DNA of 64,000 bases from Bigelowiella natans CCMP2755 (taxonomy: Eukaryota > Protista > Cercozoa): the NCBI GenBank assembly GCA_000320545.1, contig ADNK01000136.1:194829-258828 (forward strand), written 5' to 3'. Within the stretch, counting starts at the first letter, position 1; the number at the start of each line of letters is the position of its first letter. This document shows positions 39,216 through 53,633 of the stretch, piece after piece. The notes beneath the pieces were generated by a model. That model was given only the letters and a program-made list of their open reading frames with translations. It did no database searches and was not told the DNA's origin. The position numbers and the translations under genes are program-made.

Positions 39216-39795
39216 GAGAGATAGAGAGTATTAAACAAATTTTCTTTATCTTATATAAGGTGAAACAAGAAGCCAATTTTTGTGGTCGTTTCTGCAAACA
39301 GAAGGTGTGCATATCTTTCAAGTAATGATGATGATGATGCCTGAACTACTGTCGATAAATCGTTCAAATTGTTCAATTTGTTAAATTGAATAGATAAGAG
39401 CAGCTGTGGCATATGGAGGGGTAGATCGAGTGAAGCAGGCACAGCGGTTACAGGTAGTAGTAGTAGTAGTAGTAGTAGTAGTATAGTAGTAGTAGTAGTA
39501 GTACCTGTATTTTTACCTGTATTGTATTTACTGTAAATGTACTTTCTTGTCTTTTGTTGTTATCTTAATGATATCGAGTTGTAGTAGGTTATTATTCAAG
39601 GTATTCTATAATGAACTCAGAAGATTCAACAAAGAGGACAAAGAGGCGGAGCTTTACGGTGTTTCCTAGCTGCGGTAATATCAGTCGTGGTGTGAAAAAA
39701 TGGATGGATCTCACCTGATCTGATTTATCTATTTTTGATTCATTGTTACAACAAAGCAATACTAATTAAGATAATCAAGATGAATACATGTACAC

Positions 39796-39840
<45 letters not shown>

Positions 39841-40722
39841 GCATCTAACATCATTGTTGAATGTCTATTAGATTTCTAGAGTGTAAAATGATAATTAGAA
39901 TTAAAAGTATACTTGTAATGTTAACCTACAGCAGCTTATGACAAACATCTTTTCTCTTTTTTTATATTATCATCATCATAATAATAATAATAATAATCAT
40001 CATCACCATCATCATCGCCAGACACCTGGGCGTCTGATTGATCTTGCGCAAGATTCAGTTGTGTCGTTTTCAAGGGTAGGGTAGATTTGAATCTTTTGGA
40101 TGATGTATTATCATGATCATCATTGTTTTGCCGCTGCTGTTAGTCGACACGTTGTAGATCATCTAGTTAACATCAATGTAGTCCACACTACGACAACTCT
40201 AGCTTAAGCCACATCAGTAATCTTCATCATTGTGAGTAGCAAATATATTGTTGTGGTGCTGCTTTAAAAAAAAGATCAAGATGGTGATACTTGATGAGGC
40301 AGACCGACTTATTCAGAAAAGTAAGAAGATACAGAGTATTAATATTAGAGTTGGGCTAATCATACCTACCTCAAAGTTGAAGATAACTAATTATTAGCCG
40401 AATAATAGATGTCGATATTAGTAGAACACAACAACAAAGTGCTTCCTTTTCGTTTTGACTCGTTAGTTGAGATTATTGAGTTGCAGATTTTCCTCTTTAT
40501 CTTCATCGCTATCATCACCATCATCATCGTCATCGTCATCAGGTCTTTTGGATCAGACAAATACCATAAGAGATTTGGTTATTGCAAGGAGGAATGCAGA
40601 GATGATCCAAGTAGTAGAAATTATATCTTCAAAATAATGTCAGAATCACTTCGCGTTAGACAATAGTCATCCAAACATATTGAACAAAAATACTTCGTAA
40701 GATAGGAGAAAACTGAGAACAT

Positions 40723-40758
<36 letters not shown>

Positions 40759-42294
40759 TTTTCACGCACCACTCAGGTTGTGATGGTGACTGCGACAAAC
40801 ACTCCAGAGCTGAAGCAGGTGAATTTTTTAAAAAGGAGATGGAGGAGGAGGAGGAGGAGCATAATTGATACGTTGACCAACACAACGAGTGGCATCATCA
40901 CCATCATCATCCTTATTGCTATTGTATTTCTAAAGACGTTCGAGTGTTGGAGATCTGGGAGGAGGAGGAGGAGGAGGAATTTAGTGGTAGCTTCCAGTGG
41001 AACGAAGACTTCAACTACAGCTACGACGATGACGATGACAATGGATCAGGGGAAAGACGAGGGCTGCAACTACAATAGCGAGACTATTCGAGGGAAGAGA
41101 AACAGCCCCAGAGATGTTGCTATCTCTGTTATTAGTGATCATAACAAAATTAATAAACATGAATCTTCTTTTCCTAAAATGTCACAAAATATCCTCCGTG
41201 ATAGCTACAGAATCAAGCCACAGAAAGAACATTGTGTGACAAGCTCACCAAAGAGTAGTAATAGGGTTACGGCTGAAGACTTCAATATACCACAATCTGT
41301 TGAACAAATTGTACATGTATGCGCTGCACATAAGAAGCTGAAGAAGCTTATCAAACTACTTCGTAAGGTTGACATAGATGACAAATCAGAAGGTCAAAAG
41401 CGGCATCGACAACCAACACAAACATTGATATTCTGTAACAAGATTAAGAACGTAGAGTCTGTTTGGAAGTTTCTCATAAAAAATGAGCACAAAGTGGCTA
41501 GGATACACGGCAAAATTCATCAAGAAAAGAGAGAAAAAACCTTAGCAGAGTTTCGTGCAGGAAAAATACGAATATTAATCGCTACAAACGTTGCATCAAG
41601 AGGGTTGCACATAAAGAACTTGAGGTCAGTTGTAAACTATGATTTTCCAACAAGCCTGGAAGAGTATGTTCATAGGGTTGGAAGAACAGGTAGGTCAGGG
41701 AATCGAGGCAAAGCGTGGTCTTTCTTCACAAGGAACTTGCTTCCTCTTGCGCCTTCAATCGTAAATCTGCTTGCAAAAACCGGACAGTTTATTGACCCAA
41801 ATCTTGCAAATCTCGCAAAGGCAGCTCAGGAGGAAAAAAAGCATAAGTCAACTGAAGAGTACAAGGAGAGCGATGCTACTCATAATAATACAAAAGATGA
41901 AAATCACTTCAGGAAGAAGGAAGATGGGGTATCAGGAGCAAGAGTGGCGGATAGTTTTCAAACAGAAAAGGAAAGAGATATCAATGAAAATGTTGCAGCT
42001 GCTGCATTGAAATTCTCTCAAGACACTCTCGTCGCCCATGGAACTAATAAAAGAAAGAGAAAGAAACAACCCAATTCGGTACGGGCAGCTATCAAAAACG
42101 CAAAAGCCAAACGCAAACTCAATAATAAAAGGAAGCGGAAGAAACAATCATTAGCTCTCGATTGTTTTGGGATCGATGCCGAAAATAATGATACAATCAA
42201 CGGAGATGGGCTAAAAGATGTAAAGCTAGGTGTAACATTATTGCAAGAGGCCCTCAACGAAGCTGCTGCACAAAAAGCTAGAAAACAAACTTAA
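38043..42294 (+). CDS. DEAD-box RNA helicase with basic C-terminal tail, multi-exon
   Basis: Q motif NFEKPTHVQ, AKTGSGKT, LVPTRELASQV, YGG, TPGRLIDL, ILDEADRL, TAT, LIFCN, ATNVASRGL, YVHRVGRTGR. Start codon approximate. Confidence 0.9.
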
Positions 42295-43213
42295 GAATCC
42301 TGCACGATGTGTGCAACTCCATGAATAACCCATGTGACTATGTGACACCATACTATCGCGTGAGAATCACGTGAACGCACACGTCACGCATCTCGTCATG
42401 TGTGAGCCTGTACGACAGTTCACGTTGCGACGTGTCGCACCTCTGCTAAGAAACACTGCGCTGAAGAGCATGGCGTGTGTTGACTGGCAGGATGGCACAT
42501 GTGACTACGACAACTGCATGAGCATCTCATGTCATTGAAGCCCCAGATGATCAAGACTGTGCACTGGCAAAGCTAGAGAGCACGAGCTAATCAGTTGTTG
42601 TCATGGGCCTAGCATGCGCATGACAACAACTCTAGAACTGTCGAACAATTTTAGCCTGCCATGTGCCATGCTACGTACTGTGCCAGTGTGGCGCGTTTTG
42701 AAGCACTGCATGTGCGATCAAGGCGACACCTAGACATGTCCACGTTACGTTTTTTCCATGCATGCATGGTGACGCAGTCTCATGCACGCGCTAGCACGCT
42801 GCACGTCCATCACATTCTGTATATTGCGTCGATCATTGTCGAAAGTGCAGCTCACCTAGCTGATGTGCTGCAAAGTGCATGACATCCGTGCTTGTCTCAT
42901 CGCATGCAGAAACATAAATCAAAGTGAACATGTTCATGATGTGCACCATGAACCAATGCATGTGTAAAGGTGAATAGAATCGATACAAATGGTAGTTTCA
43001 GTGCGCTTTCTTCTCAACGACTAAATGAATGTGATGATAGACACAGTAATAGACACACAGTAATAGACACAGCAATATCACATATGTAGATGTACATGGT
43101 ATTACATGTCTATGATTGTGATGTTATTAAATTTGAACCATTTCCTGGAAGTGTGAACCACCTCACTCGTGAATTTGATACTACTGCTTTTACTACTACC
43201 CCTACTACAACTC

Positions 43214-44538
43214 CTAACAACCTTTGCACTCAAAACCCATGTATTTTGAAACATTCCCTAACAAAGCATTTATGTCATGGTTGCTCACATCTTTAAGATA
43301 ATCTACTGCGCAAACAAATGTCGTAACGCTGTACCCCCTGTGATCAAGAGCAGACTCTGGAAACAAAACGGAAGCCATTTTTTCGATAAATGCAGCCTCA
43401 CCCATCAGATGGGCTGGTTTTGCTTGGATTATGCATAGAATGAGAGTACCCAGCAAGTCATCGGCTGATGCTTGCTCACGCTTAAGAATCATTGGAATAC
43501 CCATACATGCATCACAGAGATGATCTAATTTCCCTTGGATTGTATTGGCTAAGAAAAACCGACGAATGGATTGAATGATTGAATCGAGTCGTTTTGATAG
43601 CTCTTCCCAGGCTTCTACCGGTGTGAGTGATACAATTATTGGCGATTTAGATGATGAAGGAGCAGTAACAGCAGCAGTACCAACATTATTATCGAAGGTG
43701 GTGGAATTAACTGCAGATATATTTGTACTAGTTGTAGTACCAGTAGCAGCTGTAGTTGTAGTTATGGTAATAGCAGTTGATTGTTGTTGTTGTTGTGGTG
43801 GTGGTGGTGGTGCGGTTGTGGTTGGAGCAGGAGGATGGTCATCACCCTCATTGCTGCTACTGCTAATAATAATAATATTATTATTAGCTCTCACCTCCTC
43901 CTCCTCGCGTGATCGTACTACTATTGTACTACTAGTATTATTAGTATTATTTGGAGTAGGAGCAGCCGCGGTAGTAGTGCTGAGTGCAGTAGTAATTGTT
44001 GTAGGAGGAGGGGAAGAAGAAGGAGGAACAACAGTAGCGGCAGTCGCTTCTCCGTCATTGAAATCCATGTGAAATGCTTTAGATTCTGTATGGAATAATG
44101 AAGCGGATTCAGCTTTTGCCTCCTTCTTCTCCTTCCTTTCCTCCTCTTCCTCTTCATCCTCCTCCTCATCATCATTATCAGTAGCAGTAGCAGCAATAGC
44201 CGTTTGAGTATTGATTAAATTATCCTCTGTTGCTGGTTCTTCTGCTGTCTCTATCCTCCTGCTCCGATTGATCTTGATTTCTTTTTCCTTCTTCTTCTGA
44301 GCCATCATCATCATCATCATCTTGTTCTTTTTCTTGTTCTTTTTTGTCTGTTTTCGTCGTCTTCTATCTGTTTCCTCTTCCATCTGTGTTGTTAGGCAAC
44401 TTGAAGGATGGTCAAGAGAAGAATGAGCAGCCACGTCTATTCCCGTCGCTGCTACTGTTCTACTAGAACTCGTAGTCACGTCTATTCCCGTCGCTGCTAC
44501 TGTTCTACTAGAACTCGTAGTCATTTTTCCCTTGTGAA

Positions 44539-44572
<34 letters not shown>

Positions 44573-45529
44573 CGAAGGCGACAAGTTATTATCTCTCCTG
44601 GAAAAAGAAAAGCCATGAATCAACAAGGATGGTGTATCTGCTAGCTGGTCCAATGGAAGGAACAATAGAATCATTGCTATCACACAATACAATCACGATA
44701 CTACTACTACTACTGCTACTACTACTTTTGTCCTAATCCCTTGTTAAATTTTCTCTCTGTTGTTCATTATAAACCACTAATTCCCTGACACATCATCATC
44801 ATCATCATTATCATAACCATCATCATTATCATCCCAAATGATAAATATATACACTACTACACAACAAATAAATAATACTTGTTCCATCGTGATGGCAACA
44901 TCTTTGCTCTTTTTCCTTTCATTAAGTTTGCCTTTTAACGACGATGACGGAGAGAAAGAGAGAGTTTGAGAGTTTGAGAGAGAGAGGGGGGGAGGGGAGG
45001 GGGAATAGACATTAAAGGGGTGGGATGGTAAAACAACAACAATAACAACACAGAAAACAACACAGAGGGTGGATTATCTACTCTTCTGCTGCTGCTGCTA
45101 CTACTACATGTGCAGCATCATCACACATAATCTTCCCCTCGTCGTCATGTTTTTAAAGGACAAATGGATTATCGATTGCTTAATTCAAAAAACATCGATA
45201 CTGATGATTGTTGCCCTGGATGATGATCCATGGAACGAAAGAAGAAGAAGAAGAAAAAGACCCAACAAGGATGCTATAAATTAATAATAAAATACTATTA
45301 CAACTGCTACTCCTACTACCATCGTTATTTTTATTATTACCCAATAAGCATAAAGAACCGAAATCATAGATGATGATTGATTTACCTTGCTTACAAGATC
45401 AGCAATACGCCTTGACACATCGATTCGTTCCTATACATAGAGACAAAAAAAAAAATAATAATAATCAACTTTTTATACTAATCGACGTCATCATCAATTT
45501 ACCAGACAGTAACAGTAGGTAACGCTTAA

Positions 45530-45575
<46 letters not shown>

Positions 45576-46271
45576 TTTGTTTGCACATGATATCTTACCA
45601 TCATTATCTATTTATCTATGTTTCTGATGATGAAGGTGATGATGCTAATAGTATTTGTTATAGGTTGTTTGACCGAAGGATTGTTCTTGATTTCTTTCAC
45701 AGTTTGTAGCATCAACCTTGATGATGTTTTTGTTGTTGTTGTTGTTGATGATGATGATGATGACACCAAATACCAATAATAAAAGAAAAGCAAAAGAGAA
45801 AGAAGAAGATGCAGAGAAAAGAGGGAAAATGAGGGAGAGGGATTAAATAGAGATGATGTGCTTTTATTTTGCCTTCATTGCTTATTTTTTAATACACGCA
45901 CACAAAAGTACATAGAACATATAATAAACATAGATAAATAAACATATATCGTCATCGTCATCATCATCATCATCATCATCATCATCGTCATCATCATCAC
46001 CCTATTGCACAAGTTAGCGCTCGATAAGCAGCATCTCTGTCTCCATTCTTTTCCGAATGCAGATATCTTGATATTTCACCCTGAAACACAATTAGTTATA
46101 GTGGTAGTAGGGTAGTAGCGAGTAACTGTGGTGGTGATGGTGATGACGATGATGATAGTGATAGTGGTGGTAATGATAATCATCTATGGAACAACAACTG
46201 ATTTGACAAAGATATCAAAGTGCTCTTGCATATAAAGCAGCAGGTACCAGTAAATAGCAACAGTAAGTAGG

Positions 46272-46307
<36 letters not shown>

Positions 46308-46326
46308 AATAGCAACAGTAAGTAGG

Positions 46327-46359
<33 letters not shown>

Positions 46360-46378
46360 AATAGCAACAGTAAGTAGG

Positions 46379-46417
<39 letters not shown>

Positions 46418-46436
46418 AATAGCAACAGTAAGTAGG

Positions 46437-46470
<34 letters not shown>

Positions 46471-47147
46471 GGATTATTGCATCATAATCGATTAGATCAT
46501 CATCCTCATATTGTAGCTCTGTTTTATACTACTGCTACTAGTATTTCCTCCTCCTCCTGCTCCTTGATGGATGCTATATCGATGATTATTTGTGTCTGTT
46601 TGTTGACCTGTGCTGCCTCTTTCAGTCGCTGTATCTTTGGAGATTCTTGTTCTTCTTGTTCATAATTCTCATCATCATTTTCTTCTCCCTCCTTACCATC
46701 TTGATACTTCTCAAGCCTATTATCACCTCTATCTTGATCATCCTCCTTTTCTATTGCTGCTACCAATTCATCATCATCATCATTATCGTCTTTTTGTCCT
46801 TCTTCTTCTGATAAACACCCCCCCGTCCTGGACAATGCTGGATTGTTGGTCGCTGCTGCTGCACTTTTTCTACGACTAAACTGACGATTGGAACAAGAAG
46901 AAGAAGAAGATGGAGAAGAAGGTGAAGAAGACCACGATGAAGAATTTGCTGCTTCTCTTTCTCCTCCTATGTAGTAAAATATTTTGAACAAACAATATCA
47001 TCATCAGCCAGTATATATGGGTGCTAGCAGCAAATGGAAGGAAGAAAAACATAATAATAATATCATTGGATCTATGATATTATTTTAGTATATTATCTTA
47101 TACTTTATTTGTGTAGTTGTTATCATGCTCATAATTATTCTCGGCTA

Positions 47148-47226
<79 letters not shown>

Positions 47227-48874
47227 TATATAAAAACATTAACTAGAGAACCTCCTTCATGCCCAAGTATTACGGTATTGTACATTAGTACTACCTCTAA
47301 TTGCTGATATCATCGTTGGTGGTGGTGGTGATGATGATGATGAGCTTAGATTTATTCCTCCTGCACCACCGTCATTTCTTCGCTTATTTCTTGCAACTTT
47401 GTTCTTCCTTTTGTTGTTGTTGTTGTTGTTGTTTTTCTTGGAAAGGCTGCGGCACAGTTTGAGGTCTTCCTCGTCTATTTCCTGCTTTGCTATGAGCTCC
47501 TACAGGTCAGTGGCAGTGAAGCATAGTAATTGGGAGAAGGAGGAGGAGAGCAGATAGAGATATGCATCAAGTGAGATTACAATAATCATTCCCCCCCTCG
47601 TCATCATCATCATCAGAAGGATGGGTTGTTTCACTCGCTGTTTCGTATGGTGCAACGTATTGTATTATTATTATCAATTACTACTACCACTACTACTACT
47701 ACTACCTTCTCAATATTCTTGAGTTTTTGGTTCAAATGCTGGTCTATTTTCAAATACTTGGCCTTGTGCCTGATCGAGAAGAATGATGATGATAAATGGT
47801 GATGATGATGCCTGTGTATGTCTGTTTTTGGTTGTTCTTAGTTATGAACAATAACAAGTAATTACTGAAATATTAGTGATTTGTTATATCAATAGGCGAA
47901 GAAGAAGAAGAAGAAGAAGAAGAAGAAGAAGAAGAAGGCATCAATCAGTACGTTATACTACAACAACAACAACTACTACTACTACTGCTAATACAAAGCT
48001 TGAAAGGAGGAGGAGGAGGAGGAGGAGGAGGAGGAGGAGGAGGCGAAGCAATCATTCAATCACTCACCGAAACATCATCATCACCATCATTATAATCGTT
48101 ATCATTATCATAACCAAAGTTAATACTACTTAATGAAAGTTAATAACAAGGGATTGGAAGATGACATTACCATCTTAAAATTATCAAGCTAAGCTTTGAG
48201 TCCAAGATCTCAGTAACTGCAGTACTATAATGGAGGGAAAGGGAGGGAGGGTTAGAGAGAGAATGATGAGAGAGTGACGGTGAAGAATGAGATCAGAGAG
48301 GGTCATGGCTAGAGTTATGAACAGTGGAAGAGATTGATGATGATGATGCTGCTGCTGATGATGATGATGATGAATGATGCGATCAGCAGCCATAAATGTG
48401 AACGCAATACATCGTCCACTTTGTTATGAAGCGATTAGAGCAAATGCTAATAATATTAAAAGTGCTGCCTGCAACATTATTCATCATCATCATCATCATC
48501 ATCATCATAAATAAATAAATAAATCAATACCTGAGAGTGGGGATTACTGTTTCCTCGATATTCCGTCGTTTCTCTTGAATCTCGTAAAGCTGTTGTTGTT
48601 TTTGTTGTCAGAAATTCCAATTATTTATCACGCATGATATTGTTTGTTGATTTAATGATGATGACGTGAAGGAGACCAAACGAAGAAGAAGAAGTAGAAG
48701 AAGACCAAACAGACGCAGCAGGAGAATGAATGCGTGCACCAATAGAGAAGGAGTAAGAGGAGGAAAAAATAAAAGAGAATATTATAATAAACTGCTACTA
48801 CTACTCCTACTACTACTACTACTACCACTCACTAAGAGTAGAAAGGGGGAACAGAAAATATTATGATGTATATA

Positions 48875-48912
<38 letters not shown>

Positions 48913-49526
48913 ATATAATATACTCCCATTGCTGCTGCTACTGGTCTCTTCTTCTACTTCTACTATAACTACTACTACTACTATTACTATTACAAATTTC
49001 ATCACAACGACGACTATTATTACTACTACCGCTTTGTACTACTACTACTACTACTACTACTACTATTACTACTTCTTACATTCTTCTTCTTTGTTCATCA
49101 TTGTTTCAAACTGCTGCTGCTTATTACCTGCTTTGTACTATTAATGCTACTTATTCTGCGGTTGTTTTCTTGAAGGAAATTTTGGGGTCTAAATCGTCTT
49201 GAAGGAACAAAGGCAAAAAGGAGTGAGTAAGTGACGAGGAGTGCTCAGGCACAGTAAGTGTCACAGCATACTACTACTACTACTACTTCTACTACTACCT
49301 TGATTACAACAACAACCCTCTCAATCAATTAAAAATAGTAGTTATAAATAGTAGTATCATCCTTTTCTCTTCTATTTCTTATCACGTAGTAGTAGCTACG
49401 ATGATGATGATGAATAATTAATACCTATGGACCCAATACATCATTTGCACCATTACGGAAATGAAGCTTTCAATCTAATTAGGAACAAGAGATTATATCA
49501 TCCATCATGAATCAAACAAAAAGTAG

Positions 49527-49563
<37 letters not shown>

Positions 49564-49767
49564 AATGATGTGATACGTCATACCAATGAGGAGTGTAAAA
49601 TCATCAAATATTATCAAATTTAAATCATTGACATCTCCCTTGATCATCTTCCATCATCATCATCATCATCATACAGGGAATAGATTTCACCACCATCACC
49701 ACAACTATTATGGTTAAAAGTAATCATAAAACAAAACATTAAATTCATACATGCACCAAACCTCGTG

Positions 49768-49806
<39 letters not shown>

Positions 49807-50121
49807 GTTATATATACCTGGAATGTTGTTTGTTTGATAATAACGTCTGACTGGTTTTTGTGATGACGAAGAAAGAACGTTATCTGGAATAATATCATCA
49901 TCACCCATGAAGAACAAATGTATGTATGATGATGATGATGACACGCATTGATTGACGACTAAAATGAATATTATCATTTACTATTATCTGAGTAGTTGCA
50001 AAATACTTTCTTCGTGTCTTCTTATTGTTGATTATTTATTCTTATTTAAATTTCTCATGTTGTATACTAAATAATAGGTGCTTGTTTCCACCCCCCTCCC
50101 TCACCGATAAGACACACACAC

Positions 50122-50161
<40 letters not shown>

Positions 50162-50603
50162 GATCATGATTATCATAGTAGTACTACTAATACTACTACT
50201 TTGTAATAAGAGTATTACTACTACTACCTGACTCACGAAAATGTCTATGAGATAATGGAATGGGTAATGCGTTGTCAGCAAGCTATTAAAGTCATTATCA
50301 CGCCAAACATAATTAGGAGGACAAAACACGACAAACAACATTGCATCAAAAAAACGCATTAGGCATGACAAACACATTTAGATATTCAAAAAAGGGGGAG
50401 GGACTAAAATGAAGTGAAATTTTCACATAAACAATATGTTTATTCAAATTCCCGATGAGGAAATATCAAGAAAAAGTCGCAACTAGTTTTTGTATTTTTT
50501 GGCAATTAAATTCATCATCAATGGTAACCAAAAACTACTACTACTACTACTATTACTTCTACAACAGGTAGTAATTTTACTGCTGGTGTATGTGTTGTGT
50601 GTG

Positions 50604-50638
<35 letters not shown>

Positions 50639-50902
50639 GGTTGAAATAGAGATGATTTGCAGCATTATTATCATCATCATCATGCAAGACTTCATTTGTT
50701 AGTACTACACATCAGTGGAAAATACTACTAGAGATTCTTCTGCCCCTATTATTTATTTATTTATCTATCTATCACAACATCCGATAAAGATTATTCTGCC
50801 CCAGTTATTTATTTATTTATTATCATCACCACCAAGTCTCTCACACCTCCTCCTCCTCCTCTCCTCCTCCTCCTTCTCCTCCCCGAAGGGCATTTGCTTC
50901 TT

Positions 50903-50933
<31 letters not shown>

Positions 50934-53000
50934 TATATATTATTATTATCATTACACTACAAGTACTATTACTACTACTGCTACTATCACTGTTACTACC
51001 TGCGGGCATGCTGATGCGTGAGTGCAGCCATTTGTGCCGCTCTCTTGGAGGCGAGTTGCTCTGGATCATCCCTCACCTGCACCCACGGTTTTATTAATTT
51101 ATAGAATAGGACAAACAAAGGATTGCACATATTAAAAAAATTATCCAAAAAAATATGCAACTATGATGATATTTGCAAATTAAAATGGTCATCCTATACA
51201 TAAAAGCATTATCATGAAAATATTATTATTAGTACCTGCTGTGCTGCTTTAAATTCATTCAACTCAAGGATATTCTTTTGAAAGGTCTCAACCTGGAATC
51301 AATCAATGAAAGGAACAAGCAGTGCACAAAATGGGAGTAATATGTGTTTTAGTATTGCATTAATGCATTATTTCCTCAAAGAATCCAAATCATCTGATTA
51401 TCAGAATATTCCCTCGTTGTCAAAAATATCTAAAATTTACATTATATTCGTAGATTATTTTTTAATTTTAGTCATGCAAAAACTGTTGTCCTCCTCATTA
51501 TTTCCAAACTAGCAGATAACATAGATAACTTAGTGATACTACTAGTAGTTCCTATTTATACTAATACTACTGCTGCTGCTGCTGCTACCGGGTCCTCGCC
51601 GACTCTGGCTGGGGTAAACTCAGGATTTCCGTTTTTATCAAGATGGACAGAGAATACCTGAATAATAACAGATATCGTAGATAATAAGGAGATAATTATT
51701 GATCATTATTATTCAACGTATTATTGATAATTATTATTCAACGTAGTAGTAGTAGTATCCCATAGTAGATAATACCTCTATGGGAACGATAGAAGAGCCC
51801 TTTTTGTCAGTAAGTTCTGCATCTATGTAATTAACAACAAATTATATAACAAAACATTACATATAATAATCAGTGTTGTCCTACTACTAGTCCATGTGAC
51901 GTGTGTACAACCAGAATCGTTGACCAGCAAAGCTTGTGAGGCAAAATGCACGCAAGTTGAGTTTATCCACGCAAGCATTTGCAGGGTCTGTTGTTATTAG
52001 TTGCGATGAGCGTTATTACCCAGTTGGTGGTAGTAAGGTAAGTAGGCTACAATGCACTTGACAATTGACAGAGGATTCCGTCATTCGTTGTTCTCGCATG
52101 ATGGTATGATCTATCTTAAAAGCTACTACCTACGACTACCACTACTACTACTGCTACTACTACTACTACAACTTGGGGCTTTGGCATCATTGCTGCTTCG
52201 TCATCATCCAGCTTATTCCTTTCTTGCTGCATACGAAGCATTGCAAATTCCGCACAATCGAGAAACAGCGACATTTTCCTCTGCAATGAGTAAAAATTAA
52301 AATTAGGTATTGTCGAACTCACTCCTTAGATCAAGAGATCGAGCTTGTATTTGTAACAACATTGTTAGCAGATAACTAGCAATACTGATGCTACTATCAC
52401 ACTATGTTCATCGTTCAGCCTCACCACCTCGTTACCATCACTTCTAAAAGTGTTGTCAGCACTACTATTTACCGTCTCCTGAGGCGTCGCCTTCTTCCGA
52501 TTTGGAGTGGGTAAATAAATAGTGGAACCACCATCCCCCCCGGTTGAAGTGGGTGGTGGTTCAACAGAACACAAACTGGGCTGTTGATCGTCGTCGTCGT
52601 CGTGGGATCGGTAGCTGCTTCTAGCTGTAGCTGCTGTTCTTGTTGCTCCTGCATAAATTTCTTCGTGATCAACACTGGAGTTGCAAACTCCGGCTCTACT
52701 CGCATTGCCATTGTCTACTTTTCTTTCTTCTTGTTCCACGGCGTGGTTTTTGCCACTATTGTTGTTATTCACGATGCACACAGCATCCCTGATCTCCTCG
52801 TGGCGTTTAAGAAAGTGGATGGAGAGCGAGCTCGATGAAGCAGAAACAGCACCTGATGCCTCAACGCTAAAAAATAGAGTGAATTGATGCATAAGTTAGC
52901 AGCATAACACTAATAACTCTCTTATTCGAAATTATTCGTATAACCTTTTCTCATCCCAGCTAATCTTAGGGGAGCATATCTTGTCTTCTCGGAGTATCAT
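43214..53000 (-). CDS. Large low-complexity/coiled-coil protein with C-terminal VPS9 (Rab5-family GEF) domain
   Basis: Terminal exon KLDHL...SADDLLGTLILCIIQAKPAHL...FIEK...RGYSVTTFVCAVDYL fits VPS9 motifs; many minus-strand GT-AG exons upstream to an ATG at 53000. Internal exon structure only partly traced; could be more than one gene. Confidence 0.7.
44432..44522 (-). repeat. In-frame 45 bp tandem duplication in the VPS9 gene
   Basis: TTSSSRTVAATGIDV encoded twice in tandem. Confidence 0.85.
46248..46470. repeat. Intronic composite minisatellite, 4 x ~50-57 bp
   Basis: Unit agtaaatagcaacagtaagtaggtg-(agt)n repeated four times. Confidence 0.85.
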
Positions 53001-53633
53001 TGCGCCACTACTATAAACCTCTCAGCAATCCTGTTGTTATCCTATCATCCCCCTTCCCTTTCATTGAATCCAGAGCAGGGAGAGGAGGGAAAACTTTTCA
53101 GTCGACATGCAACGAAAGTCCTGTCTAAAGTTCTGCGTCAATGAAAAACATGGGTTATTTGCATAAAATTGGTTCTTTTCTCGTTGTGCGTCAAGATGAA
53201 ACACAACTTGTTTGCAGAAAATTGGTACTTTTCCTGCAGAAGATTTGGTCGATAAATTTTCCCTCCTGCTGTGTGTATCTTATTCCAGCCAATACAATCC
53301 TGAATTTACAGCAAAAGAAGACGTTCCGGGGTCTGCGACATAGGAATATCATTATTCCTGGAATAAATTGGATGTCGAACACTTGCACCTGCGCACACTT
53401 CAAGAGGCCTCCCATTCAACCGTACCTCCATGAGTTTTTCTTACACTTTCATCAAAAGTCACAGTGACGTTTGTCTGAATAGGTTGAAATTGACGACGAA
53501 TAACTCTCCATTGGTAACCATGACTTGCAATGACAATTGTGTTCGTTTGGTTTTTCATTGACATTCGAATTTCTCCTTCACACGGCTTTGATCACAAATT
53601 AATTCAATGACAGTAACGTGAGACTGCAAAGAG

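Noticed and set aside
46248-46470. Regularly spaced repeats resembling a CRISPR array (also 9570-9800)
   Set aside because: The spacers are identical microsatellite runs, the context is a eukaryotic intron, and there are no cas genes.
469-52300. Dozens of ORFs with poly-V/L/Y/S/T/M/H runs or CVCV/YIYI/LSLS repeats
   Set aside because: Translations of intronic microsatellites or antisense frames of real exons.
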